A stretch of 64,000 nt of DNA from NCBI RefSeq assembly GCF_009914755.1, contig NC_060927.1; one strand, 5' to 3'. The notes below the pieces were generated by a model that was given only the letters and a program-made list of their open reading frames with translations, had not been told where the DNA came from and ran no database searches. The translations under genes were made by a program, and so were the position numbers. Each line of letters opens with the position of its first letter. Position 1 is the first letter of the stretch. This document shows, piece after piece, positions 51,553-64,000 of this stretch. Source of the stretch: the human T2T-CHM13v2.0 reference genome, Homo sapiens.

Positions 51553-52035
51553 TATTATAAATAAAGTTTCAGTGCCGCAAAAGAAATAGCGCTCGAATAT
51601 AAAATTTTCTTTTTAATTCTCAGCAAGACAACGTACTTCTATAGAAGGGTGCACCCTTACAGATGGAGCAATCGTGAGCGCACACTTGGACAAGGGAGGG
51701 GAAGGGGTTCTTATCCCTGAGGCACGTGGTCCCTGCTGCTGTATGGTTCCCCTATTGGCTTGGGTTAGACTGCACAGGCTAAACTAATTCCAATTGGCTA
51801 ATTTAAAGAGAGTGACAGGGTGAGTGGTTTGGCGGGAAAAATGGTTACAGGGCAGAGCAGGAAATCAGAGTAAGCCAGGGTGGAGAATGAGCAGGTAATC
51901 AGAATGAGTCAGGGTGGAGCAGGTAATGGAAAAAGGTTGCTTTACGAGGAAGTTAAGTTTAACAGTAGAAGGCAAAGAACTGAACATACTGACATATTGA
52001 TTCTTTGAAGAGAAATTTAGAACTCATACCTAACA
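51553..52035 (-). mobile_element. LTR10 (LTR10A/F-like, HERV-I) solo LTR
   Basis: Minus strand starts tgttaggtatgagttctaaatttc; internal cagggtggagcaggtaat repeat with TGAGTCA; flanks atac/gtac. Confidence 0.8.
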
Positions 52036-52098
52036 GTACTTGGAGAGTGTGCATGAGCCATTCCCTCCGCCTGAATTGCTCTGCATAGCAGGTCCAGC

Positions 52099-52657
52099 TG
52101 TTGAATTTATGTTTTAAAATGTGCTCAGGATTTGTTTAAATCAGGTATAGTAAGGCAGCAGTCATGGAAATGACTGTCATGAAGAAAGAAGTTTTTACAC
52201 TTGCAGGTTCCTAGAAACACGAGGTAAGCCACGAAGGCCCACAAAGGAAAGCACCAGGGTCAGTCCGGAGGCAGAGGGAGCAGAAGGAAAATGTGGCAAG
52301 ACCCTTTATTGCGTTTTGCAACAAAAGGAATAAGGTCAAGGTAGGGCAAGCAGCTTAGAATTGTCTAGTTTTAATAATGTCAGTGGGCTCTGGAGGTGTA
52401 GTGGCCGTCCTGAGTTGCCTGGTACCTGGCCCCAAGATGATTAGAGCAGGGGAATATCGGGCAGGAGAGTAAGAGTCCTATAGAGGAGGTTGGGGAAGTG
52501 TGGACTCCAGTTTGAGTAGTTTGCATATGAAAAGCATGCTCCCTGTATCTCTAAGAATTAGCTCTTCCTGAGAAGAGCTATCCCTCCCCAGTTACCAAGT
52601 CCCCAGTTGCCAGCACATCAAACACACACACAAAAATAAGAAAATATAGTGAATATA
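52099..52657 (-). mobile_element. Old ERVL-class LTR (MER74/MER76-like)
   Basis: LTR-sized segment with minus-strand AATAAA (ctttatt ~52304) and tgcctggtacctggccc. Family uncertain. Confidence 0.45.
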
Positions 52658-53814
52658 GTTTAGTCCTATAAACTCCATTATAGGTAATTGAAATACAGGT
52701 GCAGACTTCTGGAAACCATCACCTTCTAACTGGAAGAGGGCCTGGACAGGAACACCTCTTCTTTTCCCATTGTCTTGGACTTCATAAAGTTTAACTTGAT
52801 ATTCTTCCCTAGACTGGGAAATGACAAATCAAATGTTATTGCTTTTCTCAGTTTTTATTTTTATTTATTTAGTGACAGTGTCACTTGCCAATCTCCCCAG
52901 TTTTTAATAAAGAAATCCTTGTAAATATGTTGTCCTTTACCAATATTCTCAATAAATTTGGGCAAGGATGTGACACCAAATGAAACTATTGTTTTCAGAT
53001 GTAAATGTAGGCAGAAGTCCTGTAAATTCTTTAAAGAGAAGCAATGTGAGAAGAGAAAAGCATGTCACTATCATCTCTGAATAGCTGTCCCTTTCTAGAA
53101 TCTGAACTAGGCCATCAAACTGTATTAACTCATCTGAATTCAAAATAAGGATGAGATGAAGGGGCTAGAAAAGAAAATGAAGGAGTGAGAGGCCTAAGAA
53201 GATTGTGAGGGTATTTAGGGGAATATGGTTCAAAAAGGAGAACAGCTCTCTTTTCCATAAAAGGGAAGAAAGTATGTTAAATAATCTTTTGCTGCAGTCT
53301 CCATTAATTTGTTGTTGCCATTGACCCATTTTCCTATCTCTTAGTTGAATTTTTGCAATAGCAAAAGAACCAGCTTATCAATATATATTGAGAGTTTAGT
53401 ATAATACTTGAAAATTTTGATATCACAGAATCTTAGAGTTGTAGAAATTGTAGGAATTAGAGAATTACTCATTTACCTATGCAGGAATTAATTCTGAAAG
53501 ATAGTTATATAGTTAATACAGGTGATGTATTCTATTGCTGGACCCTTCATGGTATTAATTGTAAGGGATAAAAACATAGCCCTTTCATGATATAGTTTGA
53601 TTCAAAGATAAAATTGAGAAAGATTTTTTCCCCATGTTTTACTCAAGAGAAAAAAATGAATCCAAAATTTTGTCTAATAGGGTCTCTCACCTGAAAATCA
53701 CATCAGTAATTTTCATTCATAATTAGTTCTCAAAGCCAGCATTTTGGTAAGAGCATAAAGAGTCTGTGGTTGATTTCTGATGAGAGGTTTGTCAGGATTC
53801 TGTGCTGCCAGTTG

Positions 53815-54740
<926 letters not shown>

Positions 54741-54966
54741 ACAGTGAGTGGTGCACAGAGAAGGGTTTATATTGTCCTCAAAAAATTAAGGAAATCCTTA
54801 TTAATCACAATTTCTTTCAAATATGGAGATAAAAGTTATTTCTGTCATTTCCACTTAGGCTTGGGTATTTTTCTGGATAGAAGTAAAATAAGTCTAATTT
54901 CTCATTACTGTGTCAATATCCAAGCACTATATATCTATATCTATCAAAAGATATAGATATATAGAT

Positions 54967-55613
<647 letters not shown>

Positions 55614-55867
55614 GAAGCACAATATTTAAATATTGGTCCTCCTTGACCCCCAGCCCTTTTCCTCCCAATCTCCTCAGCCCTTCCTCATGGTTTCCAAATT
55701 CATCACTATGTCTGCTCCTGGCATAACCCTCATCTCTTCAACTCCCAACTGATGACATGAAACTCAGCTTTCAAGGCTTAGCTCTGGAAAGCCTTTCCAA
55801 AGTCCCTATGGCAGTAAGTACTCCATGTTCTGTTTGTAGTCCTCTCTAGTTCCTCCTCCATGCCCAC

Positions 55868-56102
55868 ACTTCTTGAACTCTTTATGCCAGTCAGTGTGCC
55901 AAAAACGTTATCAATAACCTTATTTAGTCTTCACTAGAACCCTATGGTACAGATATTAATTTTCTTAGCTTCATAAGTGACAAAATTGAGGTAAACACAG
56001 ATGAGTAATTTGCTTAGGTCATAAGGTTTATAAATCGTGGGGCCAAGATTCAAAGCCAAATCATAAGACTCCAGAGTCCTGGCTCATTAGTACCACACTG
56101 TA
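55868..56102 (-). mobile_element. MIR, near full length
   Basis: tatgccag...tatttagtcttcac...aaattgaggt...taatttgcttaggtc...gattcaaagcc...gactccagagtcc. Confidence 0.7.
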
Positions 56103-56215
56103 CAGCTTCAGCATGTTCTTACCCATATCCCCAGAGTTATCCTTGCCCTAAGTCTGGCTCTGTGTATCAGTATGTCTGGTGCATAGGGAATGCTTCATGA
56201 ATGTTTGTCAAGTGA

Positions 56216-56654
<439 letters not shown>

Positions 56655-56665
56655 TAAATAGCATA

Positions 56666-57218
56666 TGTAGAAAAATAATTCCTCCCTCCACCCACAAAGA
56701 TGTCTACATCCTAATACCCAGAAACTGTGAATACGTCACCTTACACAGCAAAAGGAATTTTGCAGATGTGATTAAGTGAAGAATCTTGAGATGGGAAGAT
56801 GATCCTGGATGATCTGGATGGGCCCAATGTAATCACAAAGTCCTGAGAAAAAGGAAGCAGGACAGACAGTCAGAAAAGGAGATCTGATGACAAAAAGGAA
56901 GCAGGACAGACAGTCAGAGAAGGAGATCTGATGAGGGAAGCAGGGCCTGCAGTCAGAGAACTCTTTCTCTAAAGACACCGTGCTGCCGACCTTGAAGGTG
57001 GACAAAGGGGTCAAGAGCCAAGGGATGCAGGTAGCCTTTAGAAGCTGAAGAAGGCAGGGAAAAAATTGCCCCCAAGGGCCTCCAGAGGGGAACATAGCCT
57101 TTCTGACACGTTGATTTCAGACATCTGACCTCCAGGACTAAAAGAAAAATTAATTTGTGTTGTTTTAAACCACTGAGTTTGTGATACTTTGTTACAGCAG
57201 CAGCAGAAGGAAAATACA
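56666..57218 (+). mobile_element. MLT1D/C-like MaLR solo LTR with a 44-bp internal tandem duplication
   Basis: aaagatgtctacatcctaat...ttgcagatgtgattaag...gggcccaatgtaatcaca...tttgttacagcagca; duplication at 56848-56934. Confidence 0.8.
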
Positions 57219-57469
57219 GTATAGATACTTTCTTTTTTGACTTGGTTATGATGTTTCTATTTATAACTCTGTTTATGAGTATAGTCCTCTTGATACTGGG
57301 TACACTGAATTTTCAGACCTCAAATAGATTCTTCTGAAAATATAAATTCTCTCCATGTTCATTTTGCTTTTCTCATTTCAAGTCACTTAGTTGGCATCTG
57401 TCTCTTCATGTTGCCAAATTCCTCTGGACTGTTACCACCATCATTGTCCCTGTTGTTTGCTCTCACTGA

Positions 57470-58035
<566 letters not shown>

Positions 58036-58451
58036 GGAATTTGCCTACCTACATTAAAGCAGTGGCCTTGAGGCCGCATCATGAAGTCCAGCATTATAAT
58101 ACTGGTCACAGATGCGGTCACAACTTTTTAATATCTAAATTTCTAAAACATCTGTCTATGAGATTAAAAAAAGAGAGTGATAACAAGTCAAATAAAGCAT
58201 TTCATCCTCAAAGTATTTTGGATTCTGATGATCAGTGATAGATGGAGGCTTTGGGCTTCAAGTTAATAGACTGTTGCACTGAGGACATGAAATATTTATT
58301 ACTGTATTTAGTTTTGTCTATCTCCTTATAACTTTGCATTTTCTAAATAACCTAGGCTTGTTATTCATCCTGTGAAACAGAGATATTATCTGCCTCACAA
58401 TCTTCCAATAATTATTTTAACTTTTAAGTTGGTATATTTAATCCTTTAAAC

Positions 58452-58575
58452 TATGATTTTTAAAGTGTGGCCCCTGGACTGGCAGCATCAGCAACTTCTG
58501 GGAGCCTGTTAACAGTACAAAGTCTCATATCACACTTTAATCCTACAGAATCAGAAACCCTAGGCAGGCATCAGT
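58452..58575. mobile_element. MER5A fragment
   Basis: aaagtgtggcccctggactggcagcatcagca...cctacagaatcagaaaccct. Confidence 0.7.
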
Positions 58576-58915
58576 GATCCATGCTATGGCTTTGAGCTAT
58601 GTTAGGTGGTATGAATCAGAGTGTCCGAGCACTGAAGATTTTTTTGGAAAGCCATTTCACATCTCAGTGGCTGAGAATCCTGAGATAGAATCGTTCTTCT
58701 GGCAAATCTTGGGTACATGCATGCTTTATTTAAAGCAAAGATAAGGCAATACTAGTAAAGAAAAATTAAGAAAAAAAGAGACAATTATATTCTGCATAAA
58801 GCACATCACCAATTCCATCTTTCCTGATGTACCTAGGAGGTTGTGTCCTTTTTTCTATTAATGCTGTTTATGTCTAATAGTTGCAATATGCTGAAATAGT
58901 ATTAGTCTACATATC

Positions 58916-59255
58916 TGCTATGGTCTGAATGTTTGTGTTTCCCCCAAACATGTTGTACCTAGTCCTCAATGCAATAGTGTTAAGAGGTGGGGTTAGGAGG
59001 TGATTAGGTCATGAAGGAAGAGCCTTATAAGAGATTAATTCCCTTATCAAAGAGGCATCAGAGAGCTGGTTGGCCCCTTGCACCAGGGGAGGACAAAGAA
59101 GTTGTCATCTATGAGAAAGCAAGCCTTCTCCAGACACTAAATCTGCCAGCACCCTGATCTTGGACTTAACGGCTTCCAGAACTATAAGAAATAAATGTTT
59201 TTTGTTTACAAGCTACCCAGTTTATGGTATTTTGTTATAGCAGCTTGAATGAACA
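58916..59255 (+). mobile_element. MLT1A-like MaLR solo LTR
   Basis: tgctatggtctgaatgtttgtgt...ggaggtgattaggtcatga...tgatcttggactt...ccagaactataagaaataaat...tatggtattttgttatagcagc. Confidence 0.85.
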
Positions 59256-59804
59256 ATGTCTGCAAGCATCATCAAGATAGGGAACCTGTCTGTTCACCAC
59301 TGTATTCTCTGAACCTAGCTCAATGCATGACAAGTATGAATCTCAGTAAATATTTTTAGTCTCAATGACTATTTTCCTCATATCACCTCCCAAGGCAGAA
59401 ACTCCATCTAGAACTGTGTATGTCCAGTGCCTACAATGCCACTGTGCTGGACACATAGGTTCTCATGAAATATGTAAAGCAATAAATTAATGAAGGCGTG
59501 ATACACATATCAAATATCATTCCAATATTCAGTTCACATTCTGATGTACTATCAAGTTGTGCTGGAAATAAGTAGACATAGGTTGATGCCAAAGGAATTT
59601 CTGTTGCACTAAGACTTTGATTGTAAAAGTATTTAATGCTAGAGAATTTACATTGCACAAGCTGCTTCTATAGAAATGAGAAAAGCCAGCAGACAAAATA
59701 ATAGAAAATTATTTCAGACATTTATCCAGATTTGGACCAGAATCTATTTTATTATGCATGAACTAAAACATAAATACTTATATAATAAAATATTAGAAAA
59801 TGCT

Positions 59805-60107
59805 GGCCGGCTGCGGTGACTAATGCCTGTAATCCCAGCACTTTGGGAGGCCGAGGTGGGTAGATCACTTGAAGTCAGGAGTTCAAGATCAGCTTGGCCA
59901 ATATGGTGAAACCCCATCTCTACTAAAAATACAAAAATTAGCCAGGCATGGTGGCATGCACCTGTAATCCCAGCTATTCAGGAGGCTGAGGCAGAAGAAT
60001 GTCTAGAACCCAGGAGGTGGAGGTTCCGGTGATCCGAGATCACGCCACTGCATTCCAACCTGGGCGACAGAGCGAGACTCTGTCAAAAAAAAAAAAAAAA
60101 AAAAAAA
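59805..60107 (+). mobile_element. AluS (Sz/Sx-like)
   Basis: Full dimer with A23 tail; TSD ~aaatgct. Confidence 0.9.
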
Positions 60108-60210
60108 GGAAATGCTGATAGATGTATGGTTTCAAAAATACAGTGATGATTTTATATTAAACCTGTCACTGCAAGTTTGCCAAGCAATTTTCTTCTAAAT
60201 ATATTTCTAG

Positions 60211-60553
60211 AGCTGGGTGCAGTGGCTCACACCCATAATCCCAGTACTTTGTGAAGCCAGCTTGGGAGGATTGCTTGAGGCCAGATATCTAAGGCCAGCT
60301 TGAGCAACATAGCAAGACTCCCTGTCTACAAAAAAAAAAATAAAATAAATAAATAAGTAAAGATAGATAGATAGATAGACAGACAGACACACAGATAGAT
60401 AGATATGCCGTGTGTGGTAGTATTATCCCTTAGTCCTAGATAGTCAGGAGGCTGAGACAGGAGGATTGAGCCCAGGAGTTGAGCTTGCAATGAATAACTG
60501 TGCCATTGACTCCAGCCCTGTCTCTAAAATAAATTAATAGATTGATAAATAAA
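60211..60553 (+). mobile_element. AluJ with linker expanded into a (TAAA)(GATA)(GACA) STR
   Basis: Left arm, STR at ~60330-60405, then a degenerate right arm. Confidence 0.85.
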
Positions 60554-61455
60554 TTCCTAATGAAATAAAGTGACTTTCATCTTTAACCCTTTATAGTCAC
60601 AGTTGATTTTATCAAAGATCCCAGCTGTTGGTCCTCCAACTGGATATATACAGACCCAAATCTACAGCAATTGGTTTTTTTATTGTTGTTTTAATTTGCT
60701 TTGGGAGATAGAGATAGGAGATTATGATAGAATACTGAATAAAAAAGTCTTTGACACAAAAACAAGCTTGTTTAGATCTGTTTAACATTTAAGGAAAGTT
60801 AAACAGCTTTCCTTTTTGCTGTTTTTACCTGGTTCTTTAATATGCTAATATGTACTGAATATGGCCTGGAGGCAGGGGTGTGGGAGGCGAGGTTAGTACT
60901 CAATCTTGTTTGCGAGATATCCTTTGTTCTTAGAACTCAGATTAGCATCTCCCAGCACGATACAATTTGGAAAAGGCTACTCAATTCCTAAAGTACTGAA
61001 TCTTTTCCGAAATAACATTTACAAAGAAGGGAAAACTGTAAGGTCTGGGCTGCTGCATCAGACAGCTGTTTACTTAATAGGCCATTCCCAGATCTTTCTT
61101 TTTAAGGATAGTAAGAAAAGCACAATTTTTACAAGGAAAAAAATGGAAATGTAATGACAAACTTGAAATTTAGTCTTAAAGTTAAAAAAAAAGTAATGAC
61201 ATGAATTAGTTACTTGTTATCAATATTTCATCAAACCTCAGAAAGTTGAGAATTAAATTATATCTGTTCTCCTCAGTTAAAATTTTTATTTTTATGTCAG
61301 AGTCAATTGAGAGGGTTCCTAAAAGAGCACTGGATCCCCCGCTTCTGTCAGGTGAGTTTGTGTGTCTTTGCTTTGGACCCACGGAGACCTGGGTTTGCCT
61401 CTGGTTCTGTCCTTGACTGTTTCTGCTCTCATCATATTACCTCAGTAATATCTAA

Positions 61456-61800
<345 letters not shown>

Positions 61801-62433
61801 TTTTTTTTTTCCCCCTGCTTCATCTGACTTCTTGTCTGTTGAGGGCTTTCATATATTTGGGGTGGCCATATTTTGCCTTGTGTTGATAGATGACTGTTAA
61901 ACAGGAATTACTCTTAAATCTCTTTATGTTCCCACATATATCCCTGCTGTAAATATTTATCACTCCTCCATCTCAAGAAGGTAACAGAGCTTTGGTGTTC
62001 TGTTGGCTCAGTGATTTTTTGGTTACAGAATAAAAACTAAAAGTCACCAGATATCCAGAAGACAACTCAACTTGTGTTTCTTTTGTTTAGAAATCTTAGA
62101 CTGATTGAGTCAGAGAAGCAGGAGTCCACTGTTGTGCTTCATGTTAGGGGAATGAGTGTGGCGAGGTGGAAGAGGCAGGTTATTCTACAGAGAAAGAGAA
62201 AAGAAACCTAAGGAGAGAAAGAGTTTGGGCGACTAGCCCAAGACTGAGAAGTAGAATGGTGAGTTGTGGATCCCTGGGATAGCATCGCACAGATCCCAGC
62301 TCTAGGTGACCTCCCACAGGGAATGCGAATGAACACTATGGGAGGGGAAGCACAAGTGAAACAGAGATAAAGCGATCAACAAGATGACCTCTGAAGACTC
62401 TTTCTGGACACCATTAAATATTAGACTGTAAGC

Positions 62434-62741
62434 AGCCAGGCATGGTGGCTCACACCTGTGATCCCATTACATTGGGAGGCCAAGCGGAGGATCACTTGAA
62501 GCCATGAGTTGGAGCAGCAGCCTGGGCGACATAGTGAGACTTTGTCTCTACAAAAAATAAATAGCTGGTGTGGTGGTGCGCACCTGTAATCTGAGCTATT
62601 CAGGAGGCTGAGGTGGAAGGATCACTTGAGCCCAGGATTTGGAGGCTATAGTCAGCTATGATTGTGTTATTCATTATACTCGAGCCTGGGTGACAGAGCA
62701 AGAACCTGTCTCTAAAAATTTTATAAAATAAAAATAAAAAA
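62434..62741 (+). mobile_element. AluJ
   Basis: ggaggatcacttga and agctatgatt diagnostics. Confidence 0.88.
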
Positions 62742-62839
62742 TTTGCTCTCTCTCGAGGGTGGGAGAGAGAGAGAGAGAGAGCGAGCGAGCACCTCTAGAG
62801 AGAGCAAGCAATAATTTCTTTTTATTTTCCTGCTGGTAA

Positions 62840-62916
62840 ACTGTACTCCTAGCACCTAGAACTATAGTGCCTGGCAAATAGTAGGCACTAAGTAAAAATG
62901 TATTTAATGATTGAAT
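62840..62916 (+). mobile_element. L2 3' terminus
   Basis: cctagcacctagaactatagtgcctggcaaatagtaggcact...tgattgaat. Confidence 0.7.
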
Positions 62917-62969
62917 ATGAAGTATGTTAATGACATGAAGGAGGAAAGTTCAAGTAAGATGAGAAAAAG

Positions 62970-63290
62970 GAGAGGTCAGGATGACTGAGGTTTCATAAGT
63001 GGGAGAAAAAGCATTATCACCAATAAAAATGTAAGTTAAATGGCTGGCTGAGCTGGAAGCCTAAAGAGTTTAGCTTTACATTGGGAACTGATAAACACAT
63101 GTTGAACTGAATGTTCAGCAGGCAATTGGAGATACAAGACTAAGACTTAAGAAAGTAGTCAGAGCTAGGAATAGAAGACTCGCTAGTCCCTCAATGGAAG
63201 TTGGGTAATGAATCCTTGAGAGATCTCAGATACAGAGTAAGTGTTGGAGGTAGGCGGTACTGAACTGGAAGGGACATGCACCTTTTCTGA
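62970..63290 (-). mobile_element. L2 fragment
   Basis: gatgactgaggtttc...catgttgaactga...caggcaattggagatacaagac...agtcagagctag. Confidence 0.5.
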
Positions 63291-64000
63291 AGTGATGTTC
63301 AAATGAACCTGTGAATAATCCTGGGGTTAAGTAAAATTTAGGAACAACTTCCAAATCTTTAGTATTGGTGTGTTACTGTTTTTCAGCCTGTGGATTAGAG
63401 TTTTGTCTGAGACATTGTCAGTAAGCAGGACTCTTCACTATCAAGGGCCCAGGAAGATTCAAAATATTCAACTTTGTAATCTATAGCCAGTAAAATCTTT
63501 TATCGCTTATACAAAATATTGTGGGTCCAAAGTCCAGGACCCATTTGATTTTGTTAAAATGCATTAATTTATTATGTGATAAGCAGAGACATACAATTAA
63601 ATTCTGCTTACATCCTTCCCTTTCTCCAAAGAGCACAAATTATATGTGTTCTTTTTTAGTCCTTAGGTAAGGATTCATAAGACCCTTCATTTTTGGGGAT
63701 AATAAAAAATTATAATGATGATTGAAGTTATCAGTATTTACCACTTTTGAAGCATTGCAGATAGCTGTTTGGATGGTCAGTATATCACCATATGGTTAAC
63801 ATACTCGTCACAAGTAACAGTCACTGCCATTAATGAACAGGATTTGGAAAACTTTTGCTAACATGGCACTTTTGAGTACAAAAAGTAAATTAAAAGGTTT
63901 ACAAGAAGATATAGTAAAAACAAACAAAAACTGTAGTAAAACAGATTAGTAGTCAAAATCACTGGGAAAAAATCGCCAATTTAAATCTTTCTTTATACTT

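Overview
This is repeat-dense primate genomic DNA, most likely human or another ape, judging by AluY, L1PA7, LTR10 and MER50-type elements. I cannot place it on a chromosome, and I find no convincing host protein-coding gene, RNA gene or CRISPR array. The ORF track is explained by Alu, L1 or simple-repeat translation and by chance. Contents are about 35 Alus, an ~8 kb nested stack of old antisense L1s, a full-length but dead L1PA7-like element (15574-22076), several solo LTRs, MIR/L2 relics and DNA-transposon relics. The most notable structures are these. (1) A ~5.8 kb AT-rich TGGAAA minisatellite lies between the L1 3' end and its 3' target-site duplication (TSD), so it appears to have grown out of the L1 poly(A) tail. 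Its core is 24 near-identical 35-bp units, each carrying a perfect 22-bp palindrome. (2) The same target site appears three times, shared by an Alu and the L1. (3) An ~860-bp, ~97%-identical inverted duplication truncates a MER4 LTR and has templated filler at the junction. (4) Fold-back or template-switch scars recur across the window, including hairpins in retroposon tails and closely spaced inverted Alus. Subfamily names come from recalled consensus features and need RepeatMasker/Dfam confirmation.
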